A stretch of 64,000 bases of DNA, taken from positions 2,170,001 to 2,234,000 of the forward strand of contig NEEC01000017.1 in assembly GCA_002189035.1 (NCBI GenBank). The letters run 5' to 3'. This DNA is from Utricularia gibba (lineage: Eukaryota > Plantae > Magnoliophyta). Positions 49,736 through 61,910 of this stretch are shown here, piece after piece. Below the pieces are notes generated by a model. The model was not told the origin of the DNA and did no database searches. It saw nothing but the letters and a program-made list of their open reading frames with translations. The translations under genes were made by a program, and so were the position numbers. Numbering within the stretch: position 1 is the first letter of the stretch; each line of letters begins with the position of its first letter.

Positions 49736-51977
49736 TCATGCCTTCCTGGGAGCCAGAGGTGTGCTGGATGGCGAGTCGTCTCTGCTTGGGCGTAGCGCCG
49801 TCGAGAGATCGCCGTCTTCTCCGGGCGAAACCACCGGAATCTTCACACTGGCACGCTCCATTTCCCTTTCGAGCTCATCTTCTCGCCTGAGAGCTGTGAA
49901 CTGCCCATCTAGTGATCTGGCTGCCGCTAGCCAGGCAAGCACGATTGCCAGGAGAATGCCTCCGAGGTACGGAGTGGAGTTCGCCAGTGAGCCGAAGCTC
50001 AGGATCATGAACTGCTGTATCAGAGCACCTCCCGACTTTCCGAGCGGATTGCAGACGACATCGATGGCGGCTTTTCCCTTAACCTGAAACCGAGGAACAG
50101 TTATGACATTGACAAGGGGTGAGTAAGAATGTGGGAAGAAGAAGAAACCTTTGTGTCCTCATCCAGAGGAATGTAAGCCATCTCCTTGCAGGGATCGAAC
50201 AAGCTGTACTTCGAACTCTTGCTGAAAATATTCTGCAACGCTCCAACATAGACGGCGGCTAGAAGCGGAGTCATGCCGAACTTTGCAAGGCCAGGCGCTA
50301 GAGGATCACCAAACAGGATGAGGGAGAAGAAGCCGACTCCGGTGAGCAGCAGCACGGTAGGTGTGATCGTTGCAGCCACGCCCCATCCATATCTACCGAA
50401 GATCCATTGGCTCAGGAGCATCATGGTGAAAGTTGCTATGCCAGTAGCTGTCGAAAAGTCTCCCATGAAGGAGGAGTATTCGTTCGGTGTTGGGAACTGT
50501 TACATTGCAACCATCAAAAGATAAACGACGAATTCGTAGAAACGACTCCGATATCGATCAAGTAGAAGCCAGTCCGTTTACCTGTGCTTTGAGCTTTGAT
50601 TTCCATGTAACCTCAACAAGGTTGATGCTGATACCGTAGGCAACGACCAAAGTAGCAAGATCCCTGATGTACTTTGAGGATACCAAGAACTTCAAGCTCT
50701 CCATTGTCCCCATTTTCGGCTTCTCCTGGAGAAGGGAAAGCCTTTGAATCATTTGTACAACCAATGTAAGGGAGCGAGCAAATTGTTGTCCAAAGGATAA
50801 AGTACCTTCTTTTTGTAAGTGCGAGTCGGCAGAGGAACATTGCGGTTCACCCACCAATACAGGCCGCAAATGGCCAGCCCCATAACCACCACTATGCTCA
50901 TCATCGCCTTGAGTGAAAGGGCCCAGCCGTCGACTCCAGGTCCGAGATTTTGCCTCAACTGGGAGAAGTATTTCACAGTGCGACCGGAGAAGATAAGAGC
51001 AACATTGGCTCCTAGGCCAAAGAGAGGATAAAATGTCTTGGCCTCCTCAACTGTAGTGATCTGAGAAACGAACAGGATCCAATCATGGAGTATTCAGCAC
51101 ACAACTACCAAGAATAAGCTGATAACATAAGATAACGGCATATATCTCATTGTCTTAATCAAACACACAGTTTTTCTTAAACGAAAATGATGACTACCTG
51201 ATTGGCGAAGCCCCAGAAGAGGACAGAGATAACCACGCTACCCCAGAGCTCAGCCATGACATAGAACAAGCAAAAACTCCAGATCCTCATGATAGCAAGA
51301 GGTCCAAGAAACCTCGGACCAAGAGCATGCAACAGCTTGTCTGCAAGGGCTGTGGGGTGGAAATAGTGGCTAAGGGGATACAACACAAAGCCAAAAGCAC
51401 CAAAAAAGGCTATGAAAGGAACAATAACAGAGTAAAAAAGAGCCTGCTTGGACAACACATTGGCAAGCTTTGTGTACAAGAGCATAAACCCTATAGCCAT
51501 AGGCAAATTCACCCATGTCTTTAGGAAAGGAATGATTTCGGCACTGGAGCCTTTGGCTGTTACCACCAAAACATCCTTAGTGTCCCTGAGAATTGTGTAA
51601 TTGAAAAGGATGCAGAAAAACATCAGCCCAAGAGGCACAATTTTCTTCAAAGTCGCCTGCTCCACACCCAGAAACTTGGGCGACTCCTTTTCTACAAACA
51701 GAGGCTCCCCATCAGCTGACGCAGAAGCCGCAGCCTCCGCTCGACAAACAAGATTTCCGCTCTTTCTTCCCGGTAACCGAGGATTCGCAACAAAGTATTG
51801 AAATTTGGAAAACCCACCACGCGAAAGAGGATTTCTACCGAGGGTTGGCGATTTCAACAAAGAATTCAAAGGACTGTATCTGTTCCTCAATTCACATGGA
51901 GGCTGCGCAATGAAAGCGCGGGTTTTTGGGTTCGACGGCAAAGAGAAAAGCCCTCTTGACTGTAGAACGGCTTGCAT
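49736..51977 (-). CDS. NTT1/2: Plastidic ATP/ADP (nucleotide) transporter, 5 exons
   Basis: Transit peptide, then PLGLMFFCILFNYTILRDTKD, FYVMAELWGS, FYPLFGLGAN, KYSLFDPCKEMAYIPLD, KGKAAIDVVCNPLGKSGGALIQQ. Confidence 0.96.
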
Positions 51978-53192
51978 ATTGTACTATCCCCCTTCCCCCC
52001 TTCTCAATGTTCCTCTACCAGAAGATAGGCTGCAGCCAAATCCAAGGGAAGAAGAGAGGTGAGCGCTGATGATAAGATTTGGTTACGAAGCCAAGGAGAA
52101 AAAGGTTTCTAGCCTAGCAAGGCAACTCACAAAAACATCTTAAATATCACGAAAAGCAAAAGGAAAATGCTATAAAAATACAAGCAGGACAAATGCGATC
52201 TTGATTCTTCGTAGAAGGCAACGGTGAGCAAAACCTCCACGACATGATCTTCCAAAACCCTTCATCTACCATGAAATAAAAGAAAAATAATCCTACCCCA
52301 CCAACAGTGACAGTGAAGAATGTAGTTCAAGGAAGCCGGGCTGTTGAGAAAAAAATGGGATTTTTGTGAACCTAACGCAGCGGAAGGTTCGGGGGATCTC
52401 GTGAGGAAGATGGTGGCCTAAGACTCCTGCATTATTTGACCAAACAATTCAAATCAAGGTCGAACAATCAAAAAGCATGTGGGCAATTGCTGCATTCAAA
52501 CAACGTATTTCGTAGTCGGTGGTGGCAAAACTTGACCTTTTCCAGAGCTTCTTTCCAATACTAGGAGCATCTTATCCAAGCCAGTTGAAAACTGAAAAAC
52601 CCTAATGTTGTGTTTCATACTCAAATTTAAATATACTCTAAAATATCCTAATAGATATAGATATGATGTTTGATTGATAAATTTAATAATTGTTTTATTA
52701 AATTTTTATTATTTTTTTAAATAAATAAAAATAATGTAAAATAAAAATGTTACATGAACTACATAAAAAGCTTAAATTATATATTTTAAAATAAAGAAAT
52801 ATCAAATCTAAATCACAATTCACGATTCTTTATAAATAATCGATCAAGTTCCTGCTTTAAATAGATTTTTTTGGGAAATCGGAAAAGAATCTTAGGAATA
52901 TACGCTTTCAAATCCACGTGGAGCATGGTGATATTTGGAAAAATATCTGCCATCACCTAGGGAAAGGTGATGCTCTTTTTATTTTTACTATATATTATTG
53001 AATATCAATCCATTCCAGCCAATGTTTTTAAATTTGAATTAATTTTCTAAAATTTAATATTTTAAATTTTGTGTACAAAAAAATTTGATCATTTTTTTTT
53101 CCAAATTCGGGTATGTGCTTTGTCTAAAAACAGTAAGGATGCATATATAGTGGAGAGCCTGTCTCAGGCATAGAGAAGCCTGGGATGCGGCC

Positions 53193-53241
53193 CACGTGTC
53201 GCCGGATGCATCCTTTCAGGGACACGGCTACGTCTATAAAA
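53193..53241 (+). promoter_or_regulatory. ABRE (CACGTGTC, 53193-53200) and TATA box (CTATAAAA, 53234-53241) of the LEA-like gene
   Basis: Motifs seen directly at canonical spacing; a further G-box at 52915-52920. Confidence 0.65.
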
Positions 53242-53292
53242 TGAGACCCCCTTTCCGACGACAGATCATCGAGCATCGGAGAGATTACGAGA

Positions 53293-53907
53293 ATGGAAGG
53301 CCAATTCAACAGTGCACTCGATAATGCATCTTCCCAAGCCCAAGCCCAGGTTTCTTCTGATCAGTGTGTTTATTTCTTTATTTCGTTTATCTGTTTAAAT
53401 GGCTCCGGTGCTGTTGGATCGCAGGCCAGGAGAGGGCAAGAGGAGCTTCAAGGTCAGCAGCAACTCGCTCAACCCAGAATGCAGGAGTCCTCCAAGAGGT
53501 AATTCTGCGAGCCTTTAGAGTTCAGATCAGATTGTGAAAGTGCAGTGCATGTGCAATATTATTGGATTGCTTTTACGTTTGGCGTGATACTGAAGACGGG
53601 GACCCAAGTGAAGAGCATGGCTCAGGGCGCGGCCGATGTTGGGGTGGGTGCGGCGCAGGGAGCCATGAGCCTTGCTCGTGGCGCAGCTCAGGGAGTAGCG
53701 AACGTGGCTCAGGGGACGGCGGATCTGGCTCAGGGGGCGGCCACCGCAGTCAAGAGCACTCTTGGGATTGACAATGCAAGCAGTGGCAATAACGCAGCTG
53801 CCGGAGCGGGCGCCAATGTTTCGGATATTCAAAGGAACATGGCGGCGGGATCGACCAACCCGGCGGAGACGGGGAACCATCCAAGCAACCCGGCGCCCGG
53901 AGCTTGA
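53293..53907 (+). CDS. LEA-like hydrophilic protein with AQG repeats, 3 exons (53293-53349, 53430-53498, 53596-53907)
   Basis: Spliced product ...QAQ|ERARGASRSAATRSTQNAGVLQE|TGTQVKSMAQGAAD...AQGAATAVKSTLG resembles the LEA motif xxQTGEQVKSMAQGAADAVKNTLG; ABRE promoter. Confidence 0.75.
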
Positions 53908-54155
53908 GAAGCTGGAAGAATTTATCAGTTCTTCACAGTGGAATAAGTTGAGTTTCCATTAGAGGGAATGGAGTGATTGTACTTGAACCCAATACTCCAG
54001 TTTTAAATAAAATTTGTTAGTGATTAATTGAAAAAAAATGCTATTTTTTTGATAAATTACATATTAGTCCAATTTTATAAAATTGGATTTTTGTAGGGGA
54101 GGCCCAACTCAATTGACGTAAAGCGTGGGTGTGGCCCATTACGCCCATTTGGGGA

Positions 54156-54702
54156 ATGGGGGTATTATCGTCTTTGCAGAACCCTAACAGTCCGAGGCTC
54201 TCGTCATCCGGACCTCAACCGACGTCTTCCAACCCAGTTAATAATAATACCGTGAATCCGTCACCCATGCGCACTCTCATCAGCGTCGCCAATTTGCCGT
54301 CTCCTGCACGAGCTACCTGTGCTGTGGCGGCGGTGCGCCCGTGGATTCGCATTGCTGTTTGTAGGAACTGTTTGAGTCGAGAAAGTTACGGAGGGAGGAG
54401 CGTCTGACGACGTCGTGTCGGTGGAGGAAATGGGTATTCTGCATTCTGCCGTTCGTTTTTTTTTTTTTTTCAGTTTTTTGTAGCTGCTCTCAACTGTACA
54501 TGCAACTAGGTGATGAACCGAGATTTTTCGAGAAGAAACCATGTTTTTTGGCTATCAAGAAATCCTGCTTCTGTTGCTTCTTTTAGTACACTCGGAAGAA
54601 TGGAGGTTCGCCGAGATAGAGCTTGAGTCGTACATGAAGGCTGTCACCCAGGGAGCCCTGCTTTATCCTCCAAATTCGGCTCAGAGGAGGAAGAAGCTCT
54701 GA
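54156..54702 (+). other. Unresolved gene-like segment (small or degenerate gene)
   Basis: Site II motifs and a telo-box (AACCCTAA ~54180), Ser/Ala/Arg-rich ORF start (ATG 54156 or 54267), donors at 54434 and 54510, acceptor at 54586, terminal exon HSEEWRFAEIELESYMK...RRKKL*. The frames do not join cleanly. Confidence 0.3.
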
Positions 54703-55206
54703 GGAGAATCCGATCGGATCATTGATGGAGTGACGAGTAGAAGTAGACGGAAAGATACGGAAACGCCCACGAAACGGCGAAGCTGGCGTGTAAGAGAATG
54801 CTCCCACCAATCACATAGCATAGCCAATGGCAAGGTGAAACAGGCTCAGCATCCTTCTGTAACTACCACCGAATGCTGAATCTGCAGCAAACGATGGTAG
54901 CTCTGTATTCATAGCTGTGTAAGCTTATTCTCATTCTGTTTCTGGTTTTCTCTGATGATTTCATTCACTTAGAGCTCTGGAATTTAGGTGAGTTAGATCA
55001 TCGCCTTCCATCAAAAGTATAGGAGCCTTGACTGTGAATTTTGTCCATGGATGATGCTGTATCTGGTACTCTTCTCTTCCAGTTTCCAAGCTTCCTGTGT
55101 TTCTACTGTTCGTCTTTTTATCTGCCAATTGGATGTGCGGCTTGTGGCTGTTGTCGATGCAGTGCCAATTTATATCTCCAAACGTCGTCCACTCATTGCA
55201 ATCGCC

Positions 55207-55815
55207 ATGGAAGTGGAGGTAAAGCTTCGGCTCCGCTCCTCCGGCGACCACCACCGACTCTGCACCCTACTCTCGCCCCACCACCGTCGCACCATGCTCC
55301 AACAGAATCTTTTCTTCGACGGACCCAATTCCGAGCTCTCATCCAACCTCGCGGCCCTCCGCCTCCGATTCTACGACCTCGATACCCGCTGCGTCCTCTC
55401 CCTCAAATCCAAACCCCAGATCTCCGCCGGAATCAGCCGCATCGAGGAGCAGGAGGAGGATATCGACCCCATCTTAGGCCGCCAGTGCGCTGCCGAGCCG
55501 TGGCGGCTCACACAGATCGAATCCTCCGATATTATCAGAAGAGTGAAGGAGGAGTTCAATGTGGTTTCCGATAGCTTGATTTCTCTGGGAGGCTTCAGAA
55601 ACGTGAGAGGCGTCTATGAGTGGAATGGACTGAATTTGGAAGTTGACGAGACGCATTACAGTTTCGGGAGCTGCTACGAAATCGAGTGCGAGACTTCTGA
55701 GCCCGAGCCTGCCAAGAAACTGCTCGAAGAAATGCTTCGGAAGAATGGTATCGAGTACACGTACTCTTCGGCGTCCAAATTCGCGCTTTTCCGGGCCGGC
55801 AAGATGCCAGACTAA
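55207..55815 (+). CDS. TTM3: Triphosphate tunnel metalloenzyme 3 (CYTH domain), intronless
   Basis: MEVEVKLRL (ExExK), QQNLFFDG, LRLRFY, LSLKSKP, GISRIEEQEE, GGFRNVRGVYEW, LEVDETHY, YEIECE, SKFALFR. Confidence 0.94.
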   Translation: MEVEVKLRLRSSGDHHRLCTLLSPHHRRTMLQQNLFFDGPNSELSSNLAALRLRFYDLDTRCVLSLKSKPQISAGISRIEEQEEDIDPILGRQCAAEPWRLTQIESSDIIRRVKEEFNVVSDSLISLGGFRNVRGVYEWNGLNLEVDETHYSFGSCYEIECETSEPEPAKKLLEEMLRKNGIEYTYSSASKFALFRAGKMPD

Positions 55816-56236
55816 GACCACGGCCGCCGCCAGCCTGAGCACCCATCTTTCAGGCCAGAGTGCAGCATTCAATAAGCAGCTTTGATATTTATCCCTGTAG
55901 TCACCGAACTCAAAGCGAAACCCGCCTGCAAACTCCGAACAAATAAGTACCAGACAGGGCCTAGAGAGGTAGGTACTAAATACTAATCCTCCTTCGCATC
56001 TTCTTCTTCTTCATGGCCGTTATCATCGTTGGAATTATTACCTTCCACCCGATCATCAGAAAAGCCAAGTGTTTGAATAACAAACAAGTTAACAACATGC
56101 TCTTCGTCCTCCTAGCCGTATAGAGACAATGATGGGGCTTTCCAGCGAATTCCCAACACGCAAGTATAAGAATTGGGCTAAGTCAAGGGATCATTAAAAC
56201 TAACCCTCGTGTTACCTATTGTATATAACTTGCAAT

Positions 56237-58407
56237 CTAGCTCACTCCGCAGATGACTTCAGGACACCGTGCTTCATCTTCGAACGGGATGTTTAAGTCC
56301 GGAAGCATCGTTTTTGAACGGGATTCAGGAAGTGGTTGATGCGGTAGAAGGCCGGTGGGGGAGGCGATCTGCGGTGAAGGTGCTGACTTTTGATGAGATG
56401 CCTCGGCTGTCGATGGGGATTCTTGAGGATGAAGCGGCTGAAGTTGGGCCTGTGCAGGTGAAATAAAAACATTGATCTCGACGTGGAAATGCATCTGAAG
56501 AACTAGAGAGGGAGAGAATGAAATGGAAACATTTACCTTCATTCTCTTTAACTTTTCATTGATTTCCATTTGCTCCTCTACCCGCATCCGTTGCCTACTT
56601 ATCTCCTAGTCAAAAAGAACAAAGGAGCATTGAGAAGGCAGAGATCAGATATATCATAAAGCCAGAGCCTTGGGCACAAGTAGAAATATACCTTCTTTAA
56701 CTCTCTTCTTTCCTTGAGTAGCGAACTTTCTTCTTCTCTAAGCTCTGATAAGGTCTGCTGTAAACAATCAAACGAATGAAGACATACAACTCAAGTCAGT
56801 TTCACAGGAGTATCATCAACAAAACGATACACATGAATGCAACTGCCATGTTCACCTTTTTCCTTCTTGAACTCTTTGAGTTGGCCTTCGCACTCTCACC
56901 CTGTAGCACCAAGTCAGAAAAGGCAAAAGCTATTATGGAACTCTGATGCGAACATAAACAAGAACGCAAGTTAGGTATCTACCATGGGATGCGTTTACAG
57001 GAAGCAAACGAGAACTGAAACAAAGCAGGAGAATTGGATAAAGAGGGAGTCAAGATACAACAGCGACTGAACAATTCACCATTCAAAACCCAAGAAAATA
57101 TCTTGATGGGCACCCACACAGAAGATCATCTGCCCGATTAGAGGGCAGTCTTATGCAGAAGTTTTCACCAAACTCAAATGAAATGTAAACTCAAAAGCAA
57201 CCCAATATCAAGCAATAGTTGGAAAGATGCTGATTGATTATTGTACAACAAGTTCACACTCCACGCATTCAACTTCCCATTCCGCAGATTAGAAATTCAG
57301 AACCAGGTATTGACAACCATGTAATACATACCACACAGTCAATTAAAAAGACAAGGCGCATTAAAGGAGGGGATGAATAATAGTTCTAGGCATGTAGGTA
57401 GTGAAGCTGGCTGTCACCTCCTTTAAAAACGCAGCCAAACTAATTGTTTTCTACCGTTTTAAAAATACCCAACAAATTCGATGCAGATCGCTTTCTTTAT
57501 CGCCCGCGCATTCATGGGACAGCAATAAAGTGAAGAGTGATGGGGAGGAGGAAGGAAAACGACGTCCCGGAATCATATCGTCCGCCCAAACGGCGTCAAT
57601 GTACATGATTGGGACATCCGATCCAAAATGGATATAATGCGCAGCGATAACACAACACACAAGACTGTTGATTACCGAAAAGCGGGTAGCTGCTAAGTTA
57701 CGAAGAGTGTCGTGGGGACGTCAATAATACGCAACACAAAAAGCAAGGGTGGGAGAGGGCATATCGGTCAACGACTCACACCCAGAGTCACCGGAAGAAA
57801 CAAGAGATAAAACGATGACTACTGGCTGACAAGGAGAAAGAGGAGGAGGCAATTGGATGAAGGTCACGCGTGGCAGTAAAAATCCATATTGCCCGGGGGC
57901 AGAAAAGTCAATTGACTCCAGCAACCGAATCACAGCTGACACACAACACGTCCCCCTCTAAATAGGCCATTAATAAAAAGCGGAGAAGAGGAGTATAAAG
58001 AAAGCGTCCGACGCAAGCCAACGGCGGCAGGGTACAGACCGGCCGACGCGAGTTTCCGGCATAAAAGAGGTCAGACTGTGAGTGAGTTCACGAACCTGAG
58101 ATCTCGCGGAAGCGGCACCGGCGCTCGGCTCTTCGTAGCATCCCGCGCCTCCGCCAGATCCACCGCTGAACGACGTAGCTCCGCTCCAGTTGAGCGGCGT
58201 GGTGGGACTGGCTCTGTGCGTCTCCTTCTTCAGGTTTCCGAGTAGCGAGAGAGCTCGTGAACGACGCTGCCGCACGCTCCAGTCCAGCGGCAACCTCTTC
58301 CGAGGCGGCGGAGGAGCAGCGGCGGTTTGGAGGCGGACAAGTAGGTCGACGACGAGCCTATCGTCCGTCATGGCGGCGCTGACCCAATCCTCGTCGGCGC
58401 TGCACAT
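56237..58407 (-). CDS. Uncharacterised conserved plant protein (coiled coil, C-terminal LPDLN), 5 exons
   Basis: EDWVSAAMTDDRLVVDLLVRL, LPLDWSVRQRRSR, RASPTTPLNWSGATS, RRKKQTLSELREEESSLLKERRELKKE, LPDLNIP. Junctions are phase-consistent; first intron ~1.2 kb. Confidence 0.82.
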
Positions 58408-58988
58408 AATCGCGGTCGTCGTTTCGTGTTTTCCTGAAGATAGGAGAGAGAGAAAAAGACCTGAAAACTGACGAGTGGAGAGAAAAATGAAGCTGCGATG
58501 GCGGTGACAAAGAAAATCGGGAGACCGGCCTTTATATATATTTCCAAATATCTCTATTATTTTTTTTTTACAAAAATAAATATAAATAACAAAATTCGTC
58601 ATTTATTCAGAGCAGGACAGGCGCGCCTGCCCCTTCATTCACACTCACGCACACGACATGATTTTCCTTTTCTTTTTTTTGTTTTCATTTTTTAATTTCC
58701 TTTTTCTGTGTGTGATTACAACGTTTTCGCTATGTTGGGCCTACTGGGCCTGATACTATATAAGGATGACCGATGTCAGCCCAGACCTTCAATCAAGCAG
58801 TTATTTTGGCTGGTCTTGGAATCTCCGGAGTTCGATTCCTCAGCTATGCGATCTTGAAATTCCTTGCGGTTTGCGCATTGAGCCGATTCAGCCTAAGTTC
58901 ATTCTACTCACCTCTTGCCTTGGTTGTATTGCTGCTACATCTAGCGAGAACTAACTAAGCGTGGGTCTGAATCGTATTGATCACGGCA

Positions 58989-61492
58989 ATGATTTCTACG
59001 GTGGCGCCTTTTCCCAACTTTCCGATCAATACTCGGAGCCGTCTTGGCAGGCGGAAGAATGGGTGTGGTTTGCGTTTCCAGGAATCTGTTCCTGCATATT
59101 CGGCTTCCGGAATTGGTGAGAAGAACGGGAGGCGGGAGCGAATAGTTGCCGCTGCATCTGTCGGAGCGACCGAGGGTTTTACGTCGCCCAAGTTTATAGT
59201 AAGCACATGCAAATTCAGATTTTTATGTTGTTTTCAATTCGAATGGTTCGACTACTGAAACCGTGGAGCGCTAGGACTAATCTGAATTTGATGTGAACTG
59301 AATGTGAATACTTGATTCTGGATGCAATGTGGGATGGATTTTTATGCCATGAATATGCGAGCGAAGCAAATTGTCATGGAATTGCATGCTCATAATCATT
59401 TTGCTACATCCTATGTTTACTTTCTACTTTTCCAGACCGAATTTCGAATACATGATATGGGAGGTTTGGGCTATAGGTTTCATGCTTTGTTTTACTGGAA
59501 ATTTTATTCAGGGTGGTAATGAGACGGAAAATACGAGCGAAGAGGAAGATTCGACGGATGGGTCTGATGTGCTGATTGAATGTCGAGATATACACAAATC
59601 CTTTGGTGAAAAGCATATCTTAAGGGGTGTCAGCTTCAAGGTGGCCGCTTTCTGGTTGTCTTTCTTTGCTTCTGTTATTATTGAAACAATGGGTGAAAAG
59701 GGTCATAAATTGTTTGGTAACCTGCAGTTTGTTATTCAACGTATCTTGCATATATTGAAGGGAACCAGTGCTGTGTTGTAGATTAGACATGGGGAGGCTC
59801 TTGGGATTATCGGGCCATCTGGGACGGGTAAATCAACCATCTTAAAGATCATGGCTGGGCTTCTTGCTCCAGACAAGGTATAATCTATCATTTTTCAACT
59901 CAGCATAATCTGACATGGAACTTCAGAACTTGCCTTGTTCTCTACATACTGACTGAAAATGCGAATGAGTAGGGGGAGGTGTTGATACGTGGTAAAAGAC
60001 GCCACGGTTTGATCAGTGACGAGGAGATTTCTGGTCTTAGAATTGGATTGGTATGGTCATGAAACTACGTGTGCAGTGGCACTATTTTTTTTTTCACACT
60101 TTTCTTTCTGGGTAACAGGTATTTCAGAGTGCTGCTCTTTTTGACTCATTGACAGTTAGAGAAAATGTTGGATTCTTGCTGTAAGATATATAAAGGACTT
60201 TCCTTCATTTAAGCCTTCTATATTTCCAAGATTTATTGTTGTCTAACCACTCTGTTGCAGGTATGAGAACTCGGATATGCATGAAGATCAAATTGCTGGG
60301 CTTGTAACTGAGACGTTAGCTGCTGTTGGCTTGAAGGTGTGTGTGCGTTTTTTTTTTTTTTTTTTTTTTGAAGAATGACTTCCCATATTTATGCGCTCCT
60401 TAACGTTGGCTGCGAGCTAGCATGCTATTAATTTAACCGTTTAAAGTTACGGTTTAATGCTATGATGACATGATGTCTTGATTTTTCACGAAGCATGTAA
60501 AACACCAAATAGATTATATACACTACATATTGTCCAAAATAACCTGGACAGTTCTTGATGTTGGAAGCCTCCTGGAACGTTTTCAAATCCCACATGGACT
60601 ATCTTACTTTAATTATTTTCTGTAGGGAATTGAGAACCGTTTACCTTCTGAACTGTCCGGTGGAATGAAAAAAAGAGTTGCTCTGGCCCGATCCATCATT
60701 TTTGATACATCGAAGGACATTCTAGAGCCAGAGGTCCGGAATTTATTCTTTCGTTCGTTATTTCCCCAGCAGGACCACAATTCAGGAGTTACCTTCCCTT
60801 ATTTCATCTTTTATTCACGGTTTTAGCTTCTTTAAATTTCATGACTTCTTAACATTCTTCCAAAGTTAAATCCATCCGATTTAACTGATACGACCTTATG
60901 CTTTTTTTGTGAACGGTGAAAATTGGTTGCCCGCTCATACCCATGTCTTTCACTGATACTAGCAGGTTCTTCTATATGATGAGCCGACAGCTGGTCTAGA
61001 TCCAATTGCTTCCACAGTTGTTGAAGATCTTATACGTTCTGTCCATATGAAAGGTGAGGATGCACTTGGGAAACCTGGGAAGATTGCATCGTATGTAGTT
61101 GTTACTCATCAACATAGCACAATCAGGAGGGCAGTTGACAGGTAGTACCTTTTATTCATTGGCCTGGGTTTCTCATATTTTTGCTGTGCCCCCACTCCCT
61201 GCATGATAAATCTTCACTGTGATCTGTTACGTTGGTTGTCTTTTTTGCTAGTTACATATTGTGAGAATAACGATTGTGCTGTTTTCATATGCGTAGACTA
61301 CTATTTCTGTATGAAGGAAAAGTCGTATGGCGAGGCATGACTAATGAATTCTCCTCCTCAACAAATCCAATTGTTCAGCAGGTAAACCTCATTGGGTGTG
61401 TTTAGAAATGCTTTTGGTTAATATTTTGTGTGTAAAATGAACCGTGCTTTCAGTTTGCATCTGGGAGCTTGGATGGACCGATTAAGTATTAG
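58989..61492 (+). CDS. TGD3: TRIGALACTOSYLDIACYLGLYCEROL 3 (ABCI13/NAP11), plastid ABC ATPase, 10 exons
   Basis: Transit peptide; [32 protein letters not shown] (Walker A), [23 protein letters not shown] (signature), [12 protein letters not shown] (Walker B), VVTHQHS; ends [12 protein letters not shown]. Confidence 0.95.
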
Positions 61493-61910
61493 TTGGGGGA
61501 AAGCTTGTACTTTAGGACGATAGGCTTACAAAGCCAATGTACGATGGGCTTAATGCAAAGTAAGTAGCCAAGAAAACATTAGGTGCATGGTAAACGTTGG
61601 CGTCAAACGCAGCCAGGTTAGTTCTCTCCATTCCGCACAGCTGAACATTATGGTGGCAGAAGGGAACCAGGATTTCAGACATTTTGTGCACACAGGCATC
61701 TTCTCTGAGAGGCGTAGGAGAGGATATAGGTGGTCAGCGATGACACATTGAGTCTTAGGTATTGTAAACTATTATTCACTTCTGAAATATGTATGGTTAT
61801 ACTCATCAAAATTTGTGCAGTGAGAATTTGCGCGAAATCTATGTCAAAACATACTAAAAAGTGTGAGGGGGCATTGACCCCATTGGACATGTAGCAGCAA
61901 GACTTTGCTT

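Noticed and set aside
52920-52975. Two small inverted repeats (GATATTT/AAATATC and CATCACCT/AGGTGATG)
   Set aside because: Stems of 7-8 bp are expected by chance at this length, with no other support.
58773-58958. 61-aa hydrophobic ORF upstream of TGD3 (possible uORF or membrane microprotein)
   Set aside because: It sits directly after GGGCC site II motifs, in probable promoter/5' UTR sequence; no conserved motif was recognised.
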